This document shows, piece after piece, positions 40,435 through 50,314 of a stretch of DNA of 64,000 bases. The position numbers and the translations under genes are program-made. Below the pieces are notes generated by a model. It was given only the letters and a program-made list of their open reading frames with translations. It did no database searches and was not told where the DNA came from. Each line of letters begins with the position of its first letter. Within the stretch, counting starts at the first letter, position 1. This DNA comes from Gemmatimonadota bacterium (GTDB taxonomy: Bacteria; JBHIER01; G020348925): positions 638,469 through 702,468 of the forward strand of contig CP070758.1 in NCBI GenBank assembly GCA_020348925.1, written 5' to 3'.

Positions 40435-42159
40435 TCATTGCAGGTTCACCAGGACGAGTACAAAATCCTGTCCGTCCTCGAGTCGACTCATCGCCTTCCC
40501 GATGACGGCACCCGGTGCCTTTTCGTAATCGGTCACTTTCATGGCGTAGCCCGGTGTGGGGGACGTCGTGAGCAGATCACCCGGTTCGATTGAACCGTAC
40601 GATGCATCGCACAATCCGTACACGCGCCCGGTGAGGGCCACCTGATGATTGCCCTCAAAGGCGTTTTCCTGGACCATCGTCATCCCCGGTCTGACGCCGT
40701 TGGCACCGCTCACGATGCCGGCCACACACCGATCGTAGGCACGGCTGGAGCGTTTCAGTCTACCGGGATGTTCGGGATCAATGACAACCACCATGCCCGG
40801 CTCGACGGACTCCGGTTGCGCGACGTCGAAGGGTTCGGCAATATCGCTTCCGCCTGTGAGTTCGAGCACAGGGACGACGACCTCACCCGACGTCCGTATT
40901 CGAAAGTAGCGATCGTCCCAATCAGGGTCGGCTGCACTTCCCCTATTGTGTCGTATTAAAAAATCCCCTTGGTTGTGGGCGTTCAAAAGCCACTGATGGT
41001 CTCCATACAGATAGAGAGCCGTCCACTCATCCGCATTTCCCTTTCCTACCTGGACACCACCCTTTACAAAGAGTCCCTCCGAAGGTGGCGTTTCCGTTCC
41101 GGATCCGATGGATACCCCTTCGTTCGCATCTGCCCGGAGACACGTGGACCCGTCGAAATTTCTTACTCGGAGAGGTATCTCTTCATCCACTGTGAGATAA
41201 TCATGAAACGAACCGTCGTAGTAGGAAACGTAGAACTTTTCACCGGCAGCCACGTTCCACTGGTTCCCACCCTCCGATTCCAGACGAACCGCTGCATTTC
41301 CGCTGCGGCCTTTGATGTGAAGATCCCTCTCCGGCTCCCACGTCCCGATGCCAACATTGCCATCCGCTGCCACGCACAATTCATCATTCATAACGAGAGG
41401 GAACTGGGAGGATTCATCCGTCGACCAGTATGCCGCCTCGATGAAGCCGTGTTTTTCCGTTAAAAAATCCTCCCGCGTGTGAAAACCGAGGCGCAACTGA
41501 TTATCCGGCTCCGTCGTGCCGCTGATTTTCAACTGGGCATAGGGCGGTGTTCCCAAAAGCCATAGGGGTGTATTCTCGGCAATATGGAGCGCGGTTTTTG
41601 AGGCTGGCGACGTCGTACCGATTCCGACTATCCCGGTATCATCAACGTAGACGGCATCGACAGGACTCCCATCCGCAGCATCCAGGGAATGACCGTCCCC
41701 CCCACCTCCGTCGCCCGAGCGAAAGGCGTAGGGCACACTGGCAATCGGCTGTCGCGGTGTCAGGATCTGCCCCTGCACTTCCACCTCCAGCCAGCGGCCC
41801 GAGCCGTCGAAGCTTTCGGCCAGACCGGGATTGACAGTACCCAGGAGAATGTTCACCAGGCCGCTGTCGACCTGAACGTTAAAATGGGGTTCCATCCACA
41901 TCTCGTTTCCCCCGGGTGCGGTTTCCTGATCGTAAATACGGAAGACGAGATCGAACGTCCCGTGCAACAGGTCACCACTCTGATCGGTCAAGACTGCCTG
42001 ATAGTTCATAATTTCCGGGACGTCACTTTGAGGTGCTGCCGCATCCGTGCCTGGGATACGACTCTGAACGCCTCGCGTGTCCTCACCGGGGCCGGCGAAA
42101 ATTACGATCACGATGCTCACCGTGATCACCGCAACAATGACGAGCATGCGCTTCATCAT
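40435..42159 (-). CDS. Secreted phage-tail-fibre-like protein with probable autoproteolytic intramolecular chaperone (Peptidase_G2-like) C-terminus
   Basis: RBS AAGGAGGT; N-domain VPEIMNYQAVL...PRQPIASVPYA; VGIGT.P...LHI repeats; GGSDIAEPF...VALTGRV...PGDLLTTS..PGYAMK...IGKAM. Confidence 0.82.
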   Translation of the reverse strand: MMKRMLVIVAVITVSIVIVIFAGPGEDTRGVQSRIPGTDAAAPQSDVPEIMNYQAVLTDQSGDLLHGTFDLVFRIYDQETAPGGNEMWMEPHFNVQVDSGLVNILLGTVNPGLAESFDGSGRWLEVEVQGQILTPRQPIASVPYAFRSGDGGGGDGHSLDAADGSPVDAVYVDDTGIVGIGTTSPASKTALHIAENTPLWLLGTPPYAQLKISGTTEPDNQLRLGFHTREDFLTEKHGFIEAAYWSTDESSQFPLVMNDELCVAADGNVGIGTWEPERDLHIKGRSGNAAVRLESEGGNQWNVAAGEKFYVSYYDGSFHDYLTVDEEIPLRVRNFDGSTCLRADANEGVSIGSGTETPPSEGLFVKGGVQVGKGNADEWTALYLYGDHQWLLNAHNQGDFLIRHNRGSAADPDWDDRYFRIRTSGEVVVPVLELTGGSDIAEPFDVAQPESVEPGMVVVIDPEHPGRLKRSSRAYDRCVAGIVSGANGVRPGMTMVQENAFEGNHQVALTGRVYGLCDASYGSIEPGDLLTTSPTPGYAMKVTDYEKAPGAVIGKAMSRLEDGQDFVLVLVNLQ

Positions 42160-42281
42160 AGTCCACCTCCTTTAACGGTGAAAGGGTTAACCTCTTCGGC
42201 TTGAAAAAGTCATTGACATTTAAAAAGTGCATCACCTCCTTGGGGGTCTCTTTCGTGAGCACTCTGGTCACCATAAAACCT

Positions 42282-42310
42282 AAAGTAGTCTCTTCATGAA
42301 AGTCTGTCAA
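42282..42310 (-). promoter_or_regulatory. Sigma70-type promoter for the fibre/protease/dockerin operon
   Basis: Minus strand TTGACA (42310-42305), 17 nt, TACTTT (42287-42282). Confidence 0.65.
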
Positions 42311-42455
42311 GTGGTTTCTCCACAAGAAAGGACACAGACTTCTTTATTACTCACGCATATCGAACAAAGTGGACTCTGGAGCAGGCTGCGAAATGGACTG
42401 CGGAACATCCGAAGCGGCACTCCGCATCCGCTGAGGATCTGACTTCGCACACGTT

Positions 42456-42493
42456 TCCAGACTTCGGAAGTTTTCACACTTCGGAAATCTGGA
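42456..42493. repeat. Imperfect palindrome, REP-like (AGACTTCGGAAGT...ACTTCGGAAATCT)
   Basis: 16-nt arms with 2 mismatches and a 6-nt loop. Confidence 0.6.
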
Positions 42494-42556
42494 CCCTGGA
42501 GTGAAACGGTTTATCGTTTGATCATATGCACTGATGAATCATTGCACGCCAAACAG

Positions 42557-42590
42557 AGGGCCGCCCCAATCACCTGATCGGAGCGGCCCT
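42557..42590 (-). terminator. GC-rich hairpin terminator of a gene ending at the contig edge
   Basis: AGGGCCGC...GCGGCCCT followed by CTGTTT on the minus strand. Confidence 0.6.
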
Positions 42591-42742
42591 TGAAAGAAAA
42601 TTCGAGAAAATATCAGGTACTCTTCGATTTTTCGACTTTATTNNNNNNNNNNNNNNNNNNNNNNNNNNNNNNNNNNNNNNNNNNNNNNNNNNNNNNNNNN
42701 NNNNNNNNNNNNNNNNNNNNNNNNNNNNNNNNNNNNNNNNNN

Positions 42743-43142
42743 AATAACACAACTTGTCCAAAAGACGAACTCGACTTAAAATCAGAAGCGTTGGATTTTT
42801 CTATCAAAGTTATCAAGAGTTATATTGAAAATGATACGACAGCATATAAAACGTTTCTCCCGGACACTCTGTATTTAATCGAATTCTGGGAAGAGCCGAT
42901 ACCAACTTCTTCGATATCGGTCGCTGAAACTTTTTCACAATTTGATTTTTCAAATTACACGATGGATGATTTTAATAAAGGACCAAGAGTGGATAACTTC
43001 ACTCGAATATTGGCATCCCGATTTTGAAGATTACCTGTTTGTCGCGACTTTCAATGAAGATGGTGAAAATTTTATGTTGGACGATTTTCGAGTTTTTGTC
43101 GTTACTAAAAGAAGTGGTGAGTGGAAAATTAGAGCATTGTAA
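42743..43142 (+). pseudogene. C-terminal part of hypothetical protein with apparent frameshift near 42980
   Basis: Protein-like sequence up to ...YTMDDFNK continues in another frame as DQEWITSLEYWHP...GEWKIRAL. Confidence 0.45.
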
Positions 43143-43216
43143 TAATGTCCGGTTAAATAAAAAAAATGAGCTCATTCTACAAATGGGATGTGTCCCTATT
43201 TTAGAAAGGAAAACAG

Positions 43217-44296
43217 ATGCATCATAAAAAATATTGTTCTCTCGTGAGTGTGGCGTTCATCATTGGGGTGCTGAGCATTGGTTTGTTTATTCGTTGTTCG
43301 AAAGATCCAACTTCATCAACAAAAGACGATAATGAGCTCGAGTATGTTACCCCTGAGGAGGTCGGTTATTCATCTGACAAATTGGATGAAGCAGAACAAT
43401 TTGCTGAACAGAGCGGCTACGCCGCAATAATGGCCCTTCATGATGGAAAAGTCTTTTTTTCTTGGGGTGAAATTACGAAAAATTATAATTGTCACTCGAT
43501 CAGAAAACCGTTTTTAAGTGCGCTCTACGGCATGCACGTTGAACAGGGTCATATTGACCTTGATGCAACTATGGATGAGCTCAATATCGATGACATCCAT
43601 CCCAGTCTCACCCCTGATGAAAAACAAGCGACGGTGAGAGATCTATTGAAATCACGCTCTGGCGTTTATCATGAGGCTGCTGCTGAAACTCAACACATGA
43701 TTGAGACACGACCGGAGAGGGGCAGCCATCCACCGGGCACATTCTTCTATTACAACAACTGGGATTTTAACGCACTGGGTACCATTTTTGAGCAGGAAAC
43801 CGGAACGAAAATATTCGAGGAATTCAAGAGAAAGATAGCCGATCCCGTGGGAATGGAAGATTTCAGTGTTGAAAACTGCTATTATCAGTACGAGCTGGAA
43901 AAATCGATGCATCCCGCCTACCATTTCAGGATGAGTGCAAGAGATATGGCAAGATTCGGTGTGATCTATCAAAAAAATGGAATGTGGAAGGACTCACGGA
44001 TCATACCCAGTGAATGGATTTCTGAAAGCACAACAGCATATTCTGTGGAAGACAGTGCTTCCGGTTCAAGCTATGGGTATATGTGGAAAGTTTTCCTGGA
44101 GGGTTCGCTACTTGCTGATATGGTGGGGTATCCCGGATATTTCCATACAGGGATTGGCGTCCATGCGTTGGTTATTGTACCCGAATTGAAATTGGTAGTG
44201 GTGGAACGTTTCGATACGGATGGACCGTGGGTTGACCCGGGAGAGGTAGGACTGGAGCTGGGTATGATGATCATGAATGCCCGTATATCCGACTAA
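43217..44296 (+). CDS. Serine hydrolase, beta-lactamase class C/AmpC-like lipoprotein
   Basis: Leader ending in Cys (FIRC); SIRK (SxxK), YNN (YxN), HTG triad; LLKSRSG. Confidence 0.88.
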   Translation: MHHKKYCSLVSVAFIIGVLSIGLFIRCSKDPTSSTKDDNELEYVTPEEVGYSSDKLDEAEQFAEQSGYAAIMALHDGKVFFSWGEITKNYNCHSIRKPFLSALYGMHVEQGHIDLDATMDELNIDDIHPSLTPDEKQATVRDLLKSRSGVYHEAAAETQHMIETRPERGSHPPGTFFYYNNWDFNALGTIFEQETGTKIFEEFKRKIADPVGMEDFSVENCYYQYELEKSMHPAYHFRMSARDMARFGVIYQKNGMWKDSRIIPSEWISESTTAYSVEDSASGSSYGYMWKVFLEGSLLADMVGYPGYFHTGIGVHALVIVPELKLVVVERFDTDGPWVDPGEVGLELGMMIMNARISD

Positions 44297-44424
44297 GGAT
44301 TCGTCGATGTCCTAATGTCTCAATCGGCAGGTTCACGAGAGCGTTCGTAAGGTGAGCGGACCGTCGGTTGATTCCTTGAAGCAAACGGAATCAAAATCCC
44401 ACGTCCTGATATACCCTGGTGTGC

Positions 44425-44676
44425 ATGAAAGTAATAGATCTCACAGAAGAAATCGAACCTCTCTACCTCGTTTGTTTGGAAGAATGGAACGAGAGCTTGG
44501 CCGATGAAGTCAAGCGGAGCAAGGAAAAATGATACCGGGAGATGAAGGGGAAGGGATTGCGCGTCATCGCCCTGACCGATGAGGACATCGTCGGTGGTAT
44601 GATCGAGTACATGCTTAGAGAGTCCAACTCTGAGGATATAAAAACGTCGTCGAATCCCTCCGCGGGCTATAAGTGA
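44425..44676 (+). pseudogene. Truncated N-terminal remnant of a GNAT (YoaP-like) acetyltransferase with internal TGA
   Basis: MKVIDLTEEIEPLYLVCLEEW...KEK*YREMKGKGLRV...VGGMIEY; TGA at 44530-44532 where I recall Trp in this family. Confidence 0.6.
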
Positions 44677-44773
44677 GCGATACAGACAGGGTTCTCTATT
44701 CTCGATATCACACCTTCAAACCCTGCCATTCAAGCGCTCAGGACAGCGGTCTCCGAAGAAAAAAAGAACTGCA

Positions 44774-45928
44774 TCATCTTGTCCCAGAGATAGAATGTAA
44801 AATCGACAACAGACGATCGATGTCCTCAATGGTGTTGTAGAGATGGGGGGAAACCCTCAGATTGCCCTCGCGGAGCGAGATATCAATTCCTTCCTGCCTG
44901 AGGACCTCAAAAATGGACGGATTCCGCTCCGGTTCTTTGTGCGTGAATACGAACAATGTTGAACGAGCATTCTCCTCCGTCGGACTGACCATGTCATACG
45001 TGGTTCTATCGAGTCCATCGATCAGCCGAGAGATCAGGATTTCATCGCAGATTTGAATCCGCTCCAATCCTTGAGCCAGCAAATACTCCACCGATGCAGT
45101 CCAGGGCAGAAAGTTCATAAAATTGGCCGTACAGAAATCATCGTACTGCGAGGCACCCAGATCATCCCTCAGGCAATAATCCCGCATCCGCTCCAGACCG
45201 CTTTTACTCTGCATGGCGAGCCAGTATGCCTGATTGTACTCAAGCGACTCTCGCAGCTCCGGCTTCATCCAGCAGAAGCCCGTCCCGTAAGGACCGCACA
45301 GCCACTTGAAGCCGCAGCATGAAAGGGCATCAACCGGAGAAAGCGCGACATCCAGAAAACGGGCACCGAGGGCTTGAGACCCATTCAGGACAAAAACAAC
45401 GTTGTGCGCACGGCACACCGCACCTACGGCCTGAACATCGATGGCATGACCCGAAAAGGGATTCACCCAGCTCGTACAAAAAAGTCTCGTAGCCGGAGTA
45501 ATCTGCCCGGCCACTTCCTCCGCCTTGGGTACGCTCCCAGATGGTTCTATAAAACGGATCTGAACGTCCCGTTCTTCGAGGGCAAGCCAGGGAAGAATAT
45601 TCGCAGGGAAATCCCCTGTGACCAAGAGCACCTCGTCTTCGGCCCGCCAGGGGATTCCGTTGGCCAGGAGATGGATACCGTAGGAAGTGCTGTTGCCCAG
45701 GATGATCTCCTCGGCCGGGGCACCGACGAGTTGCCCCAAGGCTCTCTTTAGACGTTGCGGAACGGTATTGAATGAGTCATCGTTGAAAAGAGACGGCGTC
45801 ATCTTCCACCGTAGGGCTTCAGAAGCCGCCCGGACACTCACATGAGGTAACGACCCCTGATGGGCGCAGTTGAGCCACACCCGACCCTCGAAGGGGCCGA
45901 AATCGTCAGCAAAGCGATGCATCGGCAT
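44774..45928 (-). CDS. PLP-dependent aminotransferase class V enzyme lacking the desulfurase catalytic Cys
   Basis: WLNCAHQG, NGSQALG, GFKWLCGPYGTG (PLP Lys), LRVSPHLYN. Confidence 0.88.
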   Translation of the reverse strand: MPMHRFADDFGPFEGRVWLNCAHQGSLPHVSVRAASEALRWKMTPSLFNDDSFNTVPQRLKRALGQLVGAPAEEIILGNSTSYGIHLLANGIPWRAEDEVLLVTGDFPANILPWLALEERDVQIRFIEPSGSVPKAEEVAGQITPATRLFCTSWVNPFSGHAIDVQAVGAVCRAHNVVFVLNGSQALGARFLDVALSPVDALSCCGFKWLCGPYGTGFCWMKPELRESLEYNQAYWLAMQSKSGLERMRDYCLRDDLGASQYDDFCTANFMNFLPWTASVEYLLAQGLERIQICDEILISRLIDGLDRTTYDMVSPTEENARSTLFVFTHKEPERNPSIFEVLRQEGIDISLREGNLRVSPHLYNTIEDIDRLLSILHSISGTR

Positions 45929-46185
45929 ACACTACCCACATCCCCACAATACAAAAGGGATTCTTTTTACAATGCATTTATCCATATAAAGTTATTTATC
46001 TATTTTTTCTTTCAGGATATCCAGCTTATCCCCGGATATGCGTGGTTCACGGTCATCATAGCAGATCTTCGATGTGATCTGCCGAGGTGGGGATCCCATG
46101 TGTAAGCTGAAGGCTGTTCATCCTGAGAAACATCTCGGAATTATGCAAAACAGGACCTGAAATCTCAAGACAAAAAGTGCGACAG

Positions 46186-46500
46186 TCATTCCAATTCCGG
46201 CCCCATCAGTACTTCAAAATGAGATACATTGGGTTCCATCTCAATCAAGTAGTCTTTATCCTTATCGAAGAAGGTTGCTTTATCAATATCAGGTCCTGCG
46301 AATGCCTGAATGGCCTCGTAGGAGTCCCACATCGATAACAGATAAAATTCGGCTTTTCCATCTTTAATCCTTCTTAAAAGATATACCCCCAGATTCCCCT
46401 TATGGGCTTGATACATCGGAATGCCGGTCTCCTCGATGTATTGACCATAGGCATCACTCAAAGCCTCCTCAGACACCCCGTGCCATATTCTCATAATCAT
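46186..46500 (-). CDS. Antibiotic biosynthesis monooxygenase-like (dimeric alpha-beta barrel) protein
   Basis: MIMRIWHG...GNLGVYLLRR...SMWDSYEAIQAFAGPDI; RBS AAAGGAGG. Confidence 0.8.
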   Translation of the reverse strand: MIMRIWHGVSEEALSDAYGQYIEETGIPMYQAHKGNLGVYLLRRIKDGKAEFYLLSMWDSYEAIQAFAGPDIDKATFFDKDKDYLIEMEPNVSHFEVLMGPELE

Positions 46501-46581
46501 CTCCCCGCCTCCTTTCTACCGTCAGAACCACATAATACGCTTGAACTTTTTGTCGCAATTCTGCTCTCCAGATAATAAAGA

Positions 46582-47010
46582 TCAGGGGATAAGAGTTTTC
46601 CGCCTTCGTTTCAGCAGCGCTCCCACGTCACACCGAAACCTGTCCTCTGTTTGATGAGGTTCATGTGTACCAGCCCTGAGATGGATCTCAGGGTATTTGG
46701 CACGAATGATATTGGTATATTTTTTTACAAAAGGGCACAAGATCAACATACAGTAACTCAAATGGATGTGGTCCGCACCGTAACGAATGAGAGATTCAAT
46801 CTTTGAAAGTATCGTCTCCGATCCTGCAAGCGTAGGACATCCATTACATGCGTTTATACCGACCAGCTCGATGTTTTGATCCTTGTATTCTGAGAATGCA
46901 CCTTTTCGTTCATACATGTCTTTCAAACAGGCCCCGACCGGACAATCCAAAACCCTGGTCGTGTTCGAACAGGTCAGCATTCCCAATGTAATTGTTTTCA
47001 CGTCTATCAT
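46582..47010 (-). CDS. CGGC-domain Cys-rich protein
   Basis: CPVGAC...GAF..Y...ELVGINACNGCP...IHLSYC...CPF...GTH. Confidence 0.82.
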   Translation of the reverse strand: MIDVKTITLGMLTCSNTTRVLDCPVGACLKDMYERKGAFSEYKDQNIELVGINACNGCPTLAGSETILSKIESLIRYGADHIHLSYCMLILCPFVKKYTNIIRAKYPEIHLRAGTHEPHQTEDRFRCDVGALLKRRRKTLIP

Positions 47011-47205
47011 CTCATTGTGTTATTGCACGAAACCATTATCGACTGTTTACGATCATCCGCTATTTTGATGCCGGGCGAAGAATGCTGCAGGGATAGACAT
47101 CCCTGCCCCGTTCCGTCCTGCCAGCTTCTGAAACAAAATTTCTACAGGGTCACGTTGCCGTACATAGGATCTACCGAACAGTCTCACTTTCGTTCTGGGT
47201 GGTGC

Positions 47206-47655
47206 TCATACATACCTGGGTATATCCTTCGTCTCCTCGAAATAGGCTTGCACTCCGATTTCGTTCATTCGACGGTTCATGTCGATCCATCTTCTTTTCA
47301 AATCAGGATCAAAATTCGTTTGTTCACACGGAAATGCATCACATTGAAAGCAGAAATCCACCCCTTTTTTCTGATGGCACGTTATGACACCGCATTTTTT
47401 ATATCCACAGGTACCTCCTCTGCATCCGCGACAATCGCCAACCGTTAAATGGGCGAGTAATTTTTTGAAGGACGGATACTCTTCGAAAACCGGATCAATC
47501 AGCGTCGAGAATCTCTCGGCGTAGCGGTCAAACGAGCCCAACAGCGTTTGCAGCTTCGTTGCATGAAATTTTATCTCTCCGCTCTCAAAGGCAAAGCATT
47601 TTTCACAGCTCAACCCGCAGGGTGCAAGTATCCTTACGATATCCTCGTACTCCAT
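47206..47655 (-). CDS. DUF3795-family Cys-rich protein
   Basis: APCGLSCEKC, CRGCR...C...C...C...VDFCFQCDAFPC; RBS GGAGG. Confidence 0.82.
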   Translation of the reverse strand: MEYEDIVRILAPCGLSCEKCFAFESGEIKFHATKLQTLLGSFDRYAERFSTLIDPVFEEYPSFKKLLAHLTVGDCRGCRGGTCGYKKCGVITCHQKKGVDFCFQCDAFPCEQTNFDPDLKRRWIDMNRRMNEIGVQAYFEETKDIPRYV

Positions 47656-47698
47656 TTTTCCTCCAATCATAGCATGAAATGAGCATATATTCCAAAAA

Positions 47699-48622
47699 TC
47701 AACCGTTAATTAATACACGAAGATTTCTTCGAAGCAGACCATAGTCGTCTATCATGTTCAATTTCCCCAGCTTTTCGGCCATCACCCTGGGCAGCTTATC
47801 CAGCGGAATCCCGTCCCAAATCATCATCGTCTCTTCTTCCGTAAATGCTTCTCCACCATCAATCCAGTCCGTGAATTTCCTATTCGCAGGACATATATCC
47901 TGACATATCATGCATCCTATCAGGCAATTGTGCCACGCAGAATCAATCCATTCCGGAAAGTCCTCCGGTCCCTCATTGTAGAACGTCAAGCAGCGCTCAC
48001 AACGGATTAAAAAGCGCCCCTCGCTGATGGCCCCTGTCGGACACATTTTCCGGCAGCCCGAGCACGAATCACAGAGATCCATCATCTTCATTTCCCACCA
48101 ATGATCCGGAGGACATGGTACGTCCGAAAAGAATGTCCTCAGCCTGAAATAACTTCCCCAACCATCGATATAGGCGATGTTGTTTCGGCCATAACGAGCG
48201 AGACCGCTGCGCACGGCCAGAAGCTTTTCAGGGAGTATTGCTTCCACGAACCTGAGGCCGTACCTCTGGGAACAGTGGGAGAGAATGTCTTTCATTTCTT
48301 TGTCCGTACTATTGAGATAGTTTGGGGGAATAATGACGCAAGATGTTTTGCCGGATACTGTCACCGGTACGCGGACCTTGAGCACAGGTGCGGCCACAAG
48401 GATAATCGATTGGATCCCTGGAAGGTCGGCCGGCGGTTCAAAATCCCAATACAAGTCTAACCTGGATACAATTTCATCGTAAAAATCCCGATTCAGCAAT
48501 CCGGATTCAAGGAGCTGCTCCAGATTGTCACGTAATTCGGACAGATGACGAATGGAAACGATCGCGCTTTTAAACCCTCCGTTCGTCAAATGTCCCTGTA
48601 ATGCCTTGATCTTTTTATCCAA
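47699..48622 (-). CDS. QueG/reductive-dehalogenase-like 4Fe-4S dicluster protein
   Basis: EKLLAVRSGLARYGRNN...GSY; CDSCSGCRKMCPTGAI; CERCL; GCMICQDICP. Confidence 0.82.
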   Translation of the reverse strand: MDKKIKALQGHLTNGGFKSAIVSIRHLSELRDNLEQLLESGLLNRDFYDEIVSRLDLYWDFEPPADLPGIQSIILVAAPVLKVRVPVTVSGKTSCVIIPPNYLNSTDKEMKDILSHCSQRYGLRFVEAILPEKLLAVRSGLARYGRNNIAYIDGWGSYFRLRTFFSDVPCPPDHWWEMKMMDLCDSCSGCRKMCPTGAISEGRFLIRCERCLTFYNEGPEDFPEWIDSAWHNCLIGCMICQDICPANRKFTDWIDGGEAFTEEETMMIWDGIPLDKLPRVMAEKLGKLNMIDDYGLLRRNLRVLING

Positions 48623-48728
48623 CCTATCTACCCTGAATTGAAAATATTCGTTCCTTCCCGATGAGGAGGTTTATTTGAATGATACTCAAGAGAAGGACAG
48701 GCGACGATGAACCAGAGAACACACTTGG

Positions 48729-48935
48729 TTATTGGCCGGGGAAATCGACAAAGTCATTCGGAGGTGTTTTATCTCGAAGCCTCTTCAGTATTTCGAGGCT
48801 TTTCTGCAACTGCTCCAGTTGCAACGAACACGCGGTGCAGTCGCTAATATGGTCGTCGATGTCCCTCAGAATTTCTACGTTCAGCTCCCTGTCGATGTAA
48901 TCAGAGAGTAAGGCACGAACTTCTTTGCACGTCAT
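48729..48935 (-). CDS. Stand-alone zf-HC2 zinc-finger anti-sigma factor
   Basis: C...LLSDYIDREL...HISDCTAC (HxxxCxxC); ATGA overlap with the sigma gene. Confidence 0.85.
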   Translation of the reverse strand: MTCKEVRALLSDYIDRELNVEILRDIDDHISDCTACSLQLEQLQKSLEILKRLRDKTPPNDFVDFPGQ

Positions 48936-49555
48936 ATGCTTTCCACCTCATCGCACACGCACACGTACTCCTCCACCAGCCCCATACACCCGTTTCTCAC
49001 AAAATGATCCCGAAAGGCGGTTCTGGCACGATGCAACCGCGTCTTCACGGCACTCAGCGAAATCCCCAGGATTTCGCTGATCTCGGCATAGCTGAATTCC
49101 TGGAGATCTCGCAACACCAGCACCTCACGAAAATGACGGGGCATATGCTGCTGCAGCACGTGCATGACACACCATTGCATTTCCCGCTTCATGACTATGC
49201 GTTCCGGATTGTCATGAGTGGCGGGGATACGAACCTCATCGAGAACAAGCGATTCGTGGAGTTTCTGGGAACGCTTCGCTATACGAAATAAATTCACGGC
49301 GATGCTACTCATCCAGGTCCGCAAACTCGACTCCGCACGAAACGTCGACAGCTTCTCATGAACGCGAAGAAAGGTCTCCTGGGCCAGATCGTCGGCATCG
49401 GCCGGATCGCCCGTCAGCTGTAAGAGCATGTTATATATATACTTCTGATGCTTTCGAAAAAGTGCCGCAAAGGCAATTCTACTGCCGTTCTTGGCTTCCG
49501 CAACGAGTTCCAGCTCGGATCTGTTCAATGTCCACTCCACTCCCAACGCTTGCAT
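48932..49555 (-). CDS. ECF sigma factor with Cys-rich C-terminal extension
   Basis: DADDLAQETF, FRAESSLRTW, SYAEISEILGISLSAVKTRLHRAR; tail GCMGLVEEYVCVC. Confidence 0.92.
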   Translation of the reverse strand: MQALGVEWTLNRSELELVAEAKNGSRIAFAALFRKHQKYIYNMLLQLTGDPADADDLAQETFLRVHEKLSTFRAESSLRTWMSSIAVNLFRIAKRSQKLHESLVLDEVRIPATHDNPERIVMKREMQWCVMHVLQQHMPRHFREVLVLRDLQEFSYAEISEILGISLSAVKTRLHRARTAFRDHFVRNGCMGLVEEYVCVCDEVESI

Positions 49556-49811
49556 ACAAATGATCTGATCTCTCGAGCTTTTTAGGCAATCCCTTTGTTA
49601 GCGGACTGCACATTCTAAAAAATATTCTACATCTTCGTAACAACTAATAGATGCATAATAGATGGGAAAAGTTACATGTTTCAAGAGGCCACTTTAGAAC
49701 GAAACGGAATTTTTGAATCCATCGAAAGATAAGAAAAAAGAGCGCACCCCCGTGGTTCAACGATCCGAGGTGGAAAATACCCTGAAACTAGAAGTGCTTA
49801 CGGATTTCCGC

Positions 49812-50290
49812 TCACGTTTCTCTCGCTTCGAACGCAGCCCCCAGGGCACCGAGTATCGGGAGCTCCTCTGGAACCTCAATGGTGTAACCCAATTTCTTTT
49901 CATGGAGGAAATGATGACACGCACTTTTGGCCACACCACCTGCGAAGACCACCCCGTCCGTGATGCCGACTTTTTTCACCATGTTGGGGGTGAAACAGGA
50001 ACAATGGACGCTCAGATACCGGTCTGCGATGCCCCGGATCTGGCTGTTAAGATCTGTCAGGGATTCATCGATCTCCGGTTCGGCCCAGATAATTTCGTCG
50101 GGGCGGACACGCTGAAGGTGCCAAACACTTTGCCGCCGTTTTTATTATGATCGAGAAGCTCCCTGATTCTGAGACCGTGCACCTCGGACATGACGAAATC
50201 GAAGTATTCCACGGCCTTCGGGCGGTTCACCTGCGTCGTGAACATCTCTGCGTACAGGCCACCCAGGCCATTCAGCAACTGTTTCGTGTT
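49812..50290 (-). pseudogene. Collapsed remnant of double-cubane-cluster reductase (2-hydroxyacyl-CoA dehydratase family) fused to the C-terminus of its ATPase activator
   Basis: NRPKAVEYFDFVMSEVHGLRIREL...KVFGTF, frameshift near 50101, PDEIIWA, IADRYLSVHCSCFTPN, then MVKKVGITDGVVFAGGVAK...VPEELPILGALGAA and TGA at 49814-49812. Confidence 0.8.
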
Positions 50291-50314
50291 GCGTGTTCCG
50301 GACTCCGAAGCCCT

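Noticed and set aside
37940-42159. tRNA-anchored prophage or island containing a tail-fibre gene
   Set aside because: No integrase, no visible duplicated tRNA 3' end, no capsid or tail genes; the fibre has a signal peptide and lies 5' of the tRNA.
44530-44532. TGA at an expected Trp position suggesting genetic code 4 or 25
   Set aside because: Many intact genes here end in TGA, often in ATGA overlaps (17852, 19991, 22609, 48932, 60221), and Trp is encoded by TGG. This TGA lies in a truncated relic.
49713-50150. 145-aa plus-strand ORF
   Set aside because: Antisense shadow of the double-cubane/activator remnant.
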